Notes under the pieces: model-generated
What the model saw: only the letters and a program-made list of their open reading frames with translations
Told to the model about the DNA's origin: nothing
Databases searched by the model: none
Made by a program: the position numbers and the translations under genes
Source: Candidatus Saccharimonadota bacterium
Lineage (GTDB): Bacteria > Patescibacteriota > Gracilibacteria > UBA1369 > 2-02-FULL-48-14
NCBI GenBank assembly: GCA_965230905.1
Contig: OZ246396.1
Coordinates: 60,001-92,000, forward strand
Direction of reading: 5' to 3'
Length of the DNA: 32,000 nt
In this document: positions 15,796-27,460 of the stretch, in pieces
Layout: each line of letters opens with the position of its first letter
Numbering within the stretch: the first letter of the stretch is position 1

Positions 15796-15914
15796 AAACA
15801 CCTTTCTTTGCTTTGAAAATTTCAGGTTTTTGTACTTCGTGCAAACACTTTTCTTTGCTTCGCAAAGTACTCACTACGTTCGTAAAATTTTCTACGAAAA
15901 TTTCAGGTTTTTGT
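15796..15914 (+). repeat. composite direct repeats in the comF upstream region
   Basis: GAAAATTTCAGGTTTTTGT is perfect at 15815-15833 and 15896-15914. AAACACYTTTCTTTGCTT occurs at 15796-15813 and 15843-15860 (17 of 18 identical). In the second unit the two blocks are split by a 35-nt insert (15861-15895) whose 5' end completes the hairpin CTTTGC-TTC-GCAAAG (15853-15867). Confidence 0.7.
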
Positions 15915-15940
15915 CAGGAAAATCCTGCTAGAGTTGCTGT

Positions 15941-16621
15941 ATGTGGCACACCCTCCTTCGAATTTTGTTCCCTTCCCCCTGCGTGCAATGCGGCTACCTG
16001 AGCGAGTCGCTGTGCAGCCGGTGCTTTCATGAAGTGGAGTTTAAACCGCATGTGCGGGAGCTGGAGGGACTACGCGTTTGCTCGGCGCTTTATTATGAAG
16101 AAGAGTCGATTATTGGGAAGCTGATTCGGCCGTTCAAATATTCCCATCAGGCGGATTTGTTTCGAGTGTTTGTGCCGTGGATGAAGGAAGCGATGCGGCT
16201 ACTTAATGAAGGTCCGGTGGTTTTTGTGCCGGTGCCGCTTTTTAAGGCGCGCGAGCTGGAGCGAGGATACAATCAAGCGGAACTGCTGGCGAAGTGGCTG
16301 GGGAAAAGTATGGGGATGCCGGTGGCGCGGCTGGTTAAGCGCGTGAAAGACACGGGTTCGCAGGCGCGATTGGTGGATCGGAAAAGTAGAGAAGAAAATA
16401 TGGAGGGAGCGTTTGTGGCGGATTTAACAGACAGGGGCAGACTCGTACCCTCTGGGGCACAGGTCTTCGCCGATGGATGTTCAATCGTTCTGGTGGATGA
16501 TATAGTTACCACCGGCTCCACCCTGCTGGCGTGTGCGGAAGCACTGCGGGCGGCGGGGGCAAGCCAGGTATTCGCATTAACCTTGGCCGATCGTGAAAAA
16601 AAGACTCTTGCTCGGAATTGA
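15941..16621 (+). CDS. comF: ComF-family phosphoribosyltransferase-domain protein
   Basis: N-terminal Cys pairs (PCVQCG … CSRCF) and a C-terminal PRPP-binding loop (IVLVDDIVTTGSTL). The length of 226 aa is typical of ComFC. Confidence 0.85.
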   Translation: MWHTLLRILFPSPCVQCGYLSESLCSRCFHEVEFKPHVRELEGLRVCSALYYEEESIIGKLIRPFKYSHQADLFRVFVPWMKEAMRLLNEGPVVFVPVPLFKARELERGYNQAELLAKWLGKSMGMPVARLVKRVKDTGSQARLVDRKSREENMEGAFVADLTDRGRLVPSGAQVFADGCSIVLVDDIVTTGSTLLACAEALRAAGASQVFALTLADREKKTLARN

Positions 16622-17708
16622 TGCGTCACGCAGCACGCGGGGAAAACCCACGGGGGTGGAACAGTACAGCAATGAAATTATTTCAGCTCTTTTGGAGGAA
16701 GTCGGCGATTTTGACGTGCGGCTGTATACGCCGGAGTGGATAGCGAGATTTCCGCGAAAGCTTCAGAAGCGAATTCGGGCGAAGCGGCTGTGGACATTGC
16801 TGAGACTGAGCTGGGAAATGCTGTGGCATAAACCGGATATTTTGTTTGTGCCCGCGCACGTGCTGCCGTTTTTTGCACCGCGGGCGAGCTTTGTAACCGT
16901 GCACGATATTGCGTATGAAAAAATTCCCGAGTCGTATGGATGGCTGAAGCGAAAATATTTGCGTTGGAGCACTCGACGAGCTTGGCGGCGGGCGGCAAAA
17001 GTGATTGTGCCCACGGAATCGGTGAAGGTGGATTTGCTTTCGATTTATGGGGCGGATGCGGAAAAAATTGTGGTGATCCCGCATGGTGTTACTCCGCTGC
17101 CGGCGGTTTCGGCGGTGCAGGTGAAGAACTTTTATAAGAAACACGGCCTTTCACAAAAAGAGCCGCTCTTCTTCTTTATTGGCCGATTGGAAAGCAAAAA
17201 GAACCTGTTAACTTTGGTGGAAGCGTGGTCCATTGTACAAAAAATGTATTCGAAAGGACGGCTCGTGTTGGCGGGGATGAACGGACATGGTTTTGAGGAA
17301 ATTGCGGCACGGATTGAGAAGGAGAATTTGCGCGAAAGTGTAGTGACGCCGGGTTACATTTCCGAAGTGGAGGCGTCGTGCCTGTTTCATTCCGCGACGT
17401 GTTTTATTTTTCCGTCACGCGAGGAAGGCTTTGGCCTGCCGGTGCTGCAAGCTTTTGAAGCCGGCTGCTTGGTGATTGCATCCGATATTCCTCCCCTGCG
17501 CGAGGTGGCGGGCGATGCCGCGCTGTTTGCGGACCCGGGCTATGCGAAAGATTTTGCAGAGCAGATGATGCGGATTTTGGAGGATGAAAAGTTACGAGCT
17601 GATTTGAGTTTGAAGGCAGCGGTGCAACTTAAAAAATTCTCGTGGGAAAAGGCCGCGGCCGTTCTGGCTTTTGAATTTAGGGAATCTTCGTTAAACTCCA
17701 AGAAATGA
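16593..17708 (+). CDS. glycosyltransferase, GT4 family (GT-B fold)
   Basis: GTG start overlapping comF by 29 nt. N-terminal LLLGIDAS, and C-terminal PSREEGFGLPVLQAFEAGCLVIASDIPPLREVAGDAALFADP, typical of the GT4 nucleotide-sugar-binding half. Confidence 0.85.
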   Translation: MKKRLLLGIDASRSTRGKPTGVEQYSNEIISALLEEVGDFDVRLYTPEWIARFPRKLQKRIRAKRLWTLLRLSWEMLWHKPDILFVPAHVLPFFAPRASFVTVHDIAYEKIPESYGWLKRKYLRWSTRRAWRRAAKVIVPTESVKVDLLSIYGADAEKIVVIPHGVTPLPAVSAVQVKNFYKKHGLSQKEPLFFFIGRLESKKNLLTLVEAWSIVQKMYSKGRLVLAGMNGHGFEEIAARIEKENLRESVVTPGYISEVEASCLFHSATCFIFPSREEGFGLPVLQAFEAGCLVIASDIPPLREVAGDAALFADPGYAKDFAEQMMRILEDEKLRADLSLKAAVQLKKFSWEKAAAVLAFEFRESSLNSKK

Positions 17709-18799
17709 AAATAGCTTTTGTTCACGATTTCTTGCTCCGACTCGGGGGCGCCGAACGGGTGCTCAAGTCGCTGATGGATATGTATCCGGAAGCGCCGGTT
17801 TATACGCTTTTGTATGACGAGGCGAAAGTTGGCGAGGTTTTTCCGCGCGAACGGGTGATCACGTCACGGCTGCAAAAATGGCCACGCTTCATTCCCGGCA
17901 TGCACAAAATGATGTTCCCTTTTATGCCCGGCGCTGTGGAAGATTTTGACCTCAGTGGCTACGACGTGGTGCTCAGCAGTTCGAGTGCCTACGCGCACGG
18001 CGTGGTGACGAATTTGGAGACGACGCACATTTGTTACTACCACTCGCCCATGCGCTATGCCTGGGATTACACACATCAATATTTGCGTGACCAAAAACTT
18101 GGATTGATTGGCGAAATGATTGCGAGCCGCATGCTGCACAAAGTGCGCATTTGGGACTATCTTGCGGCTGACCGAGTGGACATTCCGCTCGCCAATTCCA
18201 AGACGGTGCAGGGACGCATTCGTAAATACTACCATCAGGAGTCGGAGATCATTTATCCGCCCGTAGATGTGGAAAGGTTTACGCCGCATGCGAAGCACGA
18301 GGGTTACTTTTTGATCGTGTCTACTTTGACGCCGTACAAGCGCATCGATTTGGCCATTGAAGTCTTCAATAAACTTGGCAAACGCCTGGTGATTATTGGG
18401 CAAGGAAATGATGAAACCCGTCTGCGACGAATGGCTGGCCCGCACATCGACTTTTTGGGTTACAAATCGGACGAGGATGTGAAGCAGTACATGGAAAATT
18501 GTCGTGCCTTTATTTTCCCCGGGGAAGAAGATTTTGGAATCGCGCCGGTGGAAGCCATGGCCTGCGGAAAACCCGTGCTGGCTTTGCGCAAAGGCGGGCT
18601 CACGGAGACTATGATAGAGGGCGTGACGGGACAGTTTTTTGAAGAACAAACGGTGGAGAGTTTGGAAGCCGGCCTCACCCAGTTGCTCATCAACGAAAAA
18701 GAATACGACGCCGAAAAAATCGCGAAGCACGCGCACAAGTTCTCAGAAAAAGCTTTTCAAAAAGCCATGAAGGCGGTCATCGATAAGGCCTTACTTTAA
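17705..18799 (+). CDS. glycosyltransferase, GT4 family (GT-B fold)
   Basis: ATGA start/stop overlap with the upstream glycosyltransferase. KIAFVHDFLLRLGGAERV N-terminus, and an E-x7-E motif in PGEEDFGIAPVEAMACGKPVLA. Confidence 0.85.
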   Translation: MKIAFVHDFLLRLGGAERVLKSLMDMYPEAPVYTLLYDEAKVGEVFPRERVITSRLQKWPRFIPGMHKMMFPFMPGAVEDFDLSGYDVVLSSSSAYAHGVVTNLETTHICYYHSPMRYAWDYTHQYLRDQKLGLIGEMIASRMLHKVRIWDYLAADRVDIPLANSKTVQGRIRKYYHQESEIIYPPVDVERFTPHAKHEGYFLIVSTLTPYKRIDLAIEVFNKLGKRLVIIGQGNDETRLRRMAGPHIDFLGYKSDEDVKQYMENCRAFIFPGEEDFGIAPVEAMACGKPVLALRKGGLTETMIEGVTGQFFEEQTVESLEAGLTQLLINEKEYDAEKIAKHAHKFSEKAFQKAMKAVIDKALL

Positions 18800-18801
18800 C
18801 T

Positions 18802-19434
18802 CTAGACCTCTAGCGAGCAGCGGAATCCATAAGCCAGACTGTGATCGAACGCATGAGCGTTGCGGGAAAAGCCAAGGTGCCCATACTTCGCGTATCTAGT
18901 TTTTGGAACTTTTTTGGTGGTTCGAAGCCAGCTGAAAGTGTGTTCGTCGAGCATAATCCCTTTGGATCTGAACGTGTCATAGACCGAAGGCTCCATGAGT
19001 TCGGCACCGAGTTGAGCGGCAAGGACTTCAGCCTCATAAAAATTGACATTACGGTGAGCAATTGGTGCCTCGGCGGAAAGGTCATCGAAACGGAAATTGC
19101 CGTTTGAGAGTTTGGCGGTCACCGTGAGCTCTCCGTGCTCGATGAGGCGACCCAGGATGGTGAGTTTCTCAGGAGATTTTTTGAGCTTAGCTTCGACTTC
19201 GGCCCACTTGATCCCGGTTTGAAGTTTAGCTTCTTTGGCTTCAAAATTGGCTTGGAGCGTTGAGATCGTCTGAAGATCTTCGGGGGAAAGCTGCGTTTGG
19301 CCTTCAAAGGAGGCTAGCAGTGCCTGGAGAGCAAGATTTTCTGGCCTCCCTCGTTCAAAAGCTGCTGCAGGTTCGCCAGCACTATCAGGAGAGCCGTTGA
19401 AATGATCTGAGTTGGTTTCGGTTGATTTTGTCAC
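18802..19434 (-). CDS. DUF4256-like protein
   Basis: GTG-start ORF of 210 codons, preceded on the minus strand by TGgTATAAT. The blocks KWAEVEAKLKKSPEKL, FRFDDLSAEAPIAHRNVNFYE, HTFSWLRTT and the C-terminal YGFRCSLEV match my recollection of DUF4256 and align with 8090..8833. Confidence 0.75.
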   Translation of the reverse strand: MTKSTETNSDHFNGSPDSAGEPAAAFERGRPENLALQALLASFEGQTQLSPEDLQTISTLQANFEAKEAKLQTGIKWAEVEAKLKKSPEKLTILGRLIEHGELTVTAKLSNGNFRFDDLSAEAPIAHRNVNFYEAEVLAAQLGAELMEPSVYDTFRSKGIMLDEHTFSWLRTTKKVPKTRYAKYGHLGFSRNAHAFDHSLAYGFRCSLEV

Positions 19435-19470
19435 AACTTGTACGAATAACTACCTCAATTATACCATTAT

Positions 19471-19668
19471 TTAAGCTTTAGGCAAGTGGCTAGCGGGAGA
19501 AGAGCTTGAAGTTTCAGGCTTTGGGTCGAGGTGGCTGACATCGATTGCAAGATCACCGAAGGCATAGGTGCTTGGACTGAATCGTTCCAACTGTCGGGCG
19601 TTTTCGGGAGAAAGTCCGGTCACGATGGAGAGACGGCCTTCTGGTAAGGGGGAGCTAGTTTTTTCCAT
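19471..19668 (-). CDS. small hypothetical protein (uncertain)
   Basis: 65-codon ATG ORF filling the gap between dnaX and the DUF4256-like gene. No SD-like sequence and no motif. Ser/Pro-rich. Confidence 0.3.
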   Translation of the reverse strand: MEKTSSPLPEGRLSIVTGLSPENARQLERFSPSTYAFGDLAIDVSHLDPKPETSSSSPASHLPKA

Positions 19669-19780
19669 GAGTGTTTTTAGAGAGTTAGACCTCCATGTTT
19701 TACAGGGTTTTGAGTTTGAAAGACAAGCGGTCTTGCCCCAGCCTGCCTTTAGGGTATTATTGCCTTCCTAAGTAAGTTTT

Positions 19781-21271
19781 ATGGCTCTGTACCGCAAATA
19801 TCGACCGCAAAGTTTCGATGACCTCAAGGGTCAGAGCAGCATTCAAACCACGCTGCTTGAAGCGTTGAAACAGAACAAACTGGTGCACGCGTACCTGTTT
19901 TCGGGGCCACGTGGAACCGGGAAAACCACTACGGCACGCCTGATTGCTAAGGCTATTCAATGTGAAAAGCGACTGGAGACCGGTGAGGCGTGTGGCGAGT
20001 GTGAAATCTGTAAAATCAACGCGAAGGGGGAATTGGTGGATTTGGTGGAGATCGATGCGGCGTCGAATCGTGGGATTGATGAGATTCGTGATTTGCGTGA
20101 AAAGATTCGTTTTGCACCGACGCGCGCGGCTTCAAAAGTTTATATAATTGATGAAGTTCACATGCTCACCAAAGAGGCGTTCAATGCGCTTTTGAAGAGC
20201 CTGGAAGAACCACCGTCGCACGTTTATTTTATTCTCGCGACCACGGAGCTGCATAAGATTCCGGAAACCATTTTGTCGCGTTGCCAACGTTACGACTTCA
20301 AACGTATTTCGGACCGCGAAATTATGGAGCGTTTGGAGTACATTGCGAAGAAAGAAAAAATTGAATTTGAGCCGATGGCTTTGGAGCTTTTGGCCAAGCA
20401 TGCGGAGGGTGGAATGCGTGACGCGATTTCTTTGTTTGAGCAGTTTGCCACCGAGGTTTTAACGGAAGCGCGGGTGCGAGATAAGCTGGGCCTCACGAGT
20501 CATCAATCGTGCGAAGAATTGTTCGCGGCTTTGGGAAGTGCGGACGGCGAAAAGGGCCTGAAAGTGATCGAACAGCTGTATCAAGAAGGTGCCGACCTTC
20601 AACAATTCACCACGAGTTTTCTTTCGTACTTGCGCGGGAAATTGCATGCAGCGGTGAAGGAAAAAAAGAATGCGGTGATTCCAAAATTGCTCGATTGGGC
20701 AGAACTTTTTGACGATGCGTGGATGAAACTCAAACGCGCCAGCATCGCTACGCTGCCTTTGGAGGTGGCGGTTTTGCGGGCGACTCAAGCGAAGGAGGTG
20801 GAGAGTGTCCCTACGGCGGTTTCGACAGCGGCTCCGGCGAGTGTGGCAGTTAAAACGACGGCGCCTTTGGTTCAGCCCATACCCAGCAAACGCCCCGAGG
20901 GACTGGCGGGTGGAGTGCATATGGACGCGGTTCGTGCGCAATTGCCGGCCGTGCTCGCGGCGATTTCTACACCCATGACGCGCTCGTCTTTTAAAACCGG
21001 GCAGCTCAAGGACGTGCAGGGCGAACACCTCACTTTTGTTTTCTCTACGCGCTTTCATCTGAGTAAAGTTGAGGGGCCAGAAGCTTTGGCTGAAATTGAA
21101 AATGCGTTTAAGAAAGTGCTCGCGCAGGACACTAAGATTCACTTTGTTCTGGAGGAAATTTTGTCGGCGCCGATGGCCACTAGTGTGGCCGTTCAGGAGC
21201 AGGCGGCACCTGCCGCCGCAGTGGTGGACAGCACGGATATCGGCTGGGATACTGTGGAGGAGCCACTATAG
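19781..21271 (+). CDS. dnaX: DNA polymerase III subunit gamma/tau
   Basis: YRPQSFDDLKGQ, Walker A GPRGTGKTT, zinc module CEKRLETGEACGECEIC, Walker B IIDEVHML and sensor SRCQRYDF. The Ala/Pro/Val-rich linker and C-terminal domain are tau-like. Confidence 0.92.
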   Translation: MALYRKYRPQSFDDLKGQSSIQTTLLEALKQNKLVHAYLFSGPRGTGKTTTARLIAKAIQCEKRLETGEACGECEICKINAKGELVDLVEIDAASNRGIDEIRDLREKIRFAPTRAASKVYIIDEVHMLTKEAFNALLKSLEEPPSHVYFILATTELHKIPETILSRCQRYDFKRISDREIMERLEYIAKKEKIEFEPMALELLAKHAEGGMRDAISLFEQFATEVLTEARVRDKLGLTSHQSCEELFAALGSADGEKGLKVIEQLYQEGADLQQFTTSFLSYLRGKLHAAVKEKKNAVIPKLLDWAELFDDAWMKLKRASIATLPLEVAVLRATQAKEVESVPTAVSTAAPASVAVKTTAPLVQPIPSKRPEGLAGGVHMDAVRAQLPAVLAAISTPMTRSSFKTGQLKDVQGEHLTFVFSTRFHLSKVEGPEALAEIENAFKKVLAQDTKIHFVLEEILSAPMATSVAVQEQAAPAAAVVDSTDIGWDTVEEPL

Positions 21272-21275
21272 CTTT

Positions 21276-24351
<3,076 letters not shown>

Positions 24352-24375
24352 TTAGCAAACCCTTTGGGTTCGCCT

Positions 24376-24403
24376 GGTAAATTTACCCAATTTCTGCTAT
24401 AAT
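24376..24403 (+). promoter_or_regulatory. promoter-like -10 preceded by a perfect 12-bp palindrome (candidate operator)
   Basis: GGTAAATTTACC (24376-24387) sits where a -35 box would be. TATAAT is at 24398-24403, 21 nt upstream of the ATG at 24425. Confidence 0.4.
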
Positions 24404-24424
24404 ATACAGATTAATTTAAAACGT

Positions 24425-24817
24425 ATGGCTGACCTCAACCCCCTCTACGACCCCGCTACCGACAACCAAGCGATTGCGCCCGAGGTTCAAAGCATGCTCA
24501 ATCAAGCTCCAAAATCCGATACTTGGGATGACCAAGACCAGGTTTTTTTGAACGATCTGCTCGCCAAGGTGGAGGCCGGAACCATTCAGCTCTACAGCGC
24601 CAGTTCCCTGCTCAACAACGCCGTTTACGAAAAACTGACGCCTGAACTTCAAGGGAAAGCGGACCAAAACGCCCTTTTGATGATTGGGAAAGTGCGCGAG
24701 ATTGTGGACCTGATGAAACTGTATGGCGAACCCAACACTATTGTTAAAAGTTTGGTGGAATCTTTGTTTGCCGCCAAGCAGCGCGCCGAAGAAGCCGGTG
24801 ATATTTTCATAATTTAG
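24425..24817 (+). CDS. hypothetical protein
   Basis: 130-codon ATG ORF, first gene of a tight three-gene cluster. The next start is 3 nt after its stop. No motif recognised. Confidence 0.6.
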   Translation: MADLNPLYDPATDNQAIAPEVQSMLNQAPKSDTWDDQDQVFLNDLLAKVEAGTIQLYSASSLLNNAVYEKLTPELQGKADQNALLMIGKVREIVDLMKLYGEPNTIVKSLVESLFAAKQRAEEAGDIFII

Positions 24818-24820
24818 TTC

Positions 24821-26704
24821 ATGATTGAAACTCAAGGAGCAGAAGCACCGGAAACCCATGGAGCAGAAACCCTGCGTGACCCCACTTTGATTGAGGCGGA
24901 TGACCTTATCCGGGATATTCACAAACAGGAAGAACGGAAAGACAGCCTCCTGGATAAGAATCTTTACCTTAAATCACTGACCAGTACACTGCTTCGTGTG
25001 ACGGAAAAAATCGCCGAAGAAGAAAAGAAAGAGAGTCCAGACAGGAAGAGACTTGAAAGTCTGTATGAGAGAAAAGGCAGCCTGACTGAAGAAAGGAAGA
25101 AAATCGTGGCACTACCCGATGAACAAACCGATGAACGCTACAAGGAAGTGGCGAGCGATATGAAAGCGGCGGCGGCTGAAACCAAGGGGGAAATTGAGGA
25201 GATAACAAAATTACGGGCCCAGAAAACAAGTTTGACCGATCAACTTGCCAATGCCACTACGGATGCGGAGAAAGCTACGTTGAATGGAGAACTCGCGGTG
25301 GTGGAAGCAGCCTTGGAGAAAGCAGAGTTCCAAGGAACCCTTGAGGATAAAGAAAAGATTTTTGCAGCCCGCATCGCTATGGGTAAAAAAGCCGAAGCGA
25401 TGACCGAAGCCGAACATCAAAAATCCTCCACAGCTGCCGACGAGATCTTAAAAAAATCCTTGGACTTCTTCACAGATTCTCCCGCCGAGGAAACCGCGGA
25501 AGCTGAAAATACTGATCCGGACAAAAAGAAAGACGACAAAAAGACGGGTGAGAATAAAACGGATGAGGAGAAGAAGGCTGAACGGAAAGTTATCATTCAT
25601 AATAAGATCGATGACGCTGCATACAAGTTGGCACTTGCGCTTGTGAATACTAAACCCAAAAAGGATGACACCGTCGGGAAAGTCACCTTCGAAGCCAAGC
25701 GCTGGGGCCTCATGGTCCTCACCTTTTTTGGAGGAAATCCCGAGTGGACTCAAAGTCTGACGCCCGAAGAACAAAAAACCCTGGGTATGACGGTGACTCC
25801 AGTAAAGGAAGATGACGGGAAAATCACCTACTCCATCAAATGGGATAAAATTGATCTTTCCGGTCAGGATGTTCAAGACGTCTATGAAGTGGCGTTTGGT
25901 AAAGACGGGTGGACCAAAGAAATGGATTTGCTCAAAGACGACACCAAATTCAGTGAACTTCAAGACCGTGCAGCAGGCATTCCGGCGGACACCACAGATC
26001 CAGACAAGCTCAAATTCAAGGCCTTTGTGGATGCTTTGGAATCAACCGGGGCTAGGGGCGGAACTCTTGTGAAAGACCACATCAATAAAAACGCGGATGA
26101 AATTGTGGAGAAGTTGAAACCAAAACCTGCTCCGGCGCCTACAGTGGCTGCAACAGAATCTACCGAGGCCACTGAGGAGGACATCAACTGGGTGGATGTA
26201 GTTGAAAAAAATAACTTCAATGACAGCACTCCAGTAAAAAATGTTTTCAAAGCCGCTGGATCTACTCTCGAATCCCATTTTAGTAGCATTGACGCCACGC
26301 TTACTGAAGCGATCGCCCAAGGGACGCTTCCGGCTAGCGAGATTGGGAAAATGCTTGCGGACAGTATTAAGACACCCGATACCTTTAAAGGGGTGACCGA
26401 GATATTTGCTGCAAACAATGAGCTCATGAAAAGTCTAGGTTTGCCGGAAACCACGGTCCCTGAAGACCTTATTGCAAAGGCCACCGCAGAGCTCGGCACG
26501 CCTGAAGGATTGTCCCCAAGCATCAAAGCAGACGTTCAAAAGCTATGCGAGGCATTCTTCAAATCTTATCAGGATTTCTGTGGCATGAGCTACAAAGCGT
26601 TGATTGAACTTCAGAAGAGCACTCCTGCCTACGCAGCTGACAAAAAAGAAGTTGATGCGGTCCTTAAAGCTTTGGCCGACAACAATACTCCTGCTACAAA
26701 TTAA
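24821..26704 (+). CDS. hypothetical Lys/Glu-rich protein with a coiled-coil-like N-terminal half
   Basis: 627-codon ATG ORF. Residues ~40-260 are highly charged and heptad-like, followed by a KKKDDKKTGENKTDEEKK linker and a globular C-terminal half. No TM helix and no recognisable catalytic motif. Confidence 0.7.
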   Translation: MIETQGAEAPETHGAETLRDPTLIEADDLIRDIHKQEERKDSLLDKNLYLKSLTSTLLRVTEKIAEEEKKESPDRKRLESLYERKGSLTEERKKIVALPDEQTDERYKEVASDMKAAAAETKGEIEEITKLRAQKTSLTDQLANATTDAEKATLNGELAVVEAALEKAEFQGTLEDKEKIFAARIAMGKKAEAMTEAEHQKSSTAADEILKKSLDFFTDSPAEETAEAENTDPDKKKDDKKTGENKTDEEKKAERKVIIHNKIDDAAYKLALALVNTKPKKDDTVGKVTFEAKRWGLMVLTFFGGNPEWTQSLTPEEQKTLGMTVTPVKEDDGKITYSIKWDKIDLSGQDVQDVYEVAFGKDGWTKEMDLLKDDTKFSELQDRAAGIPADTTDPDKLKFKAFVDALESTGARGGTLVKDHINKNADEIVEKLKPKPAPAPTVAATESTEATEEDINWVDVVEKNNFNDSTPVKNVFKAAGSTLESHFSSIDATLTEAIAQGTLPASEIGKMLADSIKTPDTFKGVTEIFAANNELMKSLGLPETTVPEDLIAKATAELGTPEGLSPSIKADVQKLCEAFFKSYQDFCGMSYKALIELQKSTPAYAADKKEVDAVLKALADNNTPATN

Positions 26705-26745
26705 CGCTTTAAACTTTAGTCAAAAGCACTTATAATTGTCACGTT

Positions 26746-27216
26746 ATGGATCCAGTCACGCCCATTGCCGGAACTCCACAAGACCCTCAAGCAGGGGCTG
26801 CTGCTGCGCAAAGCGGCGCTAAGGATGATAAGTTCAAGATCCCTGCAGCAGTTTTGGCGAAGTACCCAGAATTGGTGGCTTTGATTAAGAAAACTGAATC
26901 CATGTCGGACGAGGAACGCGAATATTGGTTCCAGATTTTGCCGATCATGACCGCGGACCAAGTCACCCGCCTGAAGACCATTTTGGAAGAAGAGGCCAAC
27001 CAGTTGTCTAAACTCGACACGCAGTACCAAGATGAACTTGGTAAGCTCAACAAAAAACATTTGGAGGAATGGAATGTGTTCCAACAGAAACAAGATCGCC
27101 AGGCGCTTAAGGCTGAAGAAGCCAGCCACGAAGCGGTGGAAGCCAAGGCTGAAGAAGACATTTTGAAGAATCTGGATGACACTAGCACGCCTCCTCCGGC
27201 TGCTCCCCAAGCCTAG
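26746..27216 (+). CDS. hypothetical protein with a helical module paralogous to the C-terminus of 3524..4252
   Basis: 156-codon ATG ORF. FKIPAAVL … SMSDEEREYWFQILPIMTADQVTRLKTILEEEANQLSKL … KKHLEEW aligns with IKLPAHSL … SLTKDEKKKIIDSIPKLRQEQVDELIRIFDEERSKFVEL … DEHAADW. Confidence 0.7.
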   Translation: MDPVTPIAGTPQDPQAGAAAAQSGAKDDKFKIPAAVLAKYPELVALIKKTESMSDEEREYWFQILPIMTADQVTRLKTILEEEANQLSKLDTQYQDELGKLNKKHLEEWNVFQQKQDRQALKAEEASHEAVEAKAEEDILKNLDDTSTPPPAAPQA

Positions 27217-27221
27217 GAAAT

Positions 27222-27460
27222 CACGTTTCCCTTCCCCTGTTTAGTTCTCTGGGTGGATTTCTTCAACGGGAGCGAAAGCACTCGGATCATGATCCTCGTC
27301 CTTTCTTCCTTTTAGTTTATGTTTCATAAATCCGCCCAGAGAACCACGGAAAGGGAAACTGAAATTCTAAACAGAAGAAGGCTGCTTGGAGAGATTCAGC
27401 ATAAAGGCTCCCGCTGAATCGAACCAAGACAGGCTTCTGTATTTCTGTTTAGAATTTCAG
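27222..27460. repeat. two adjacent long imperfect hairpins (candidate structured RNA, bidirectional terminator or MITE-like element)
   Basis: Hairpin 1: 27225-27233 pairs with 27351-27359 (9 bp), and 27244-27260 pairs with 27328-27344 (17 bp including one G-U). Its 67-nt loop contains the perfect palindrome GGATCATGATCC (27284-27295). Hairpin 2: 27359-27376 pairs with 27443-27460 (18 bp, perfect). Inner helices are GAAGGCTG/CAGGCTTC, CTTGG/CCAAG and GATTCAG/CTGAATC. TTTTT follows on the plus strand. Confidence 0.7.

Noticed and set aside
15813-16001. A 62-codon ORF with an internal KISGFC duplication.
   Set aside because: The peptide repeat is simply the translation of the 19-bp DNA direct repeat. 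The ORF also runs into the comF coding region in another frame. It is treated as non-coding regulatory DNA.
21069-21275. The 5' extension of the folC-like ORF overlaps the end of dnaX by 200 bp.
   Set aside because: The extension translates to Arg/Trp-rich nonsense. The ATG at 21276 sits 4 nt after the dnaX stop and begins the conserved FolC N-terminus.
27284-27295. The GGATCAT core is shared between the palindrome GGATCATGATCC and the island elements (CTAGGATCATCC).
   Set aside because: Only 7 nt are shared and the flanks differ. Chance cannot be excluded without a genome-wide count, so no link is claimed.
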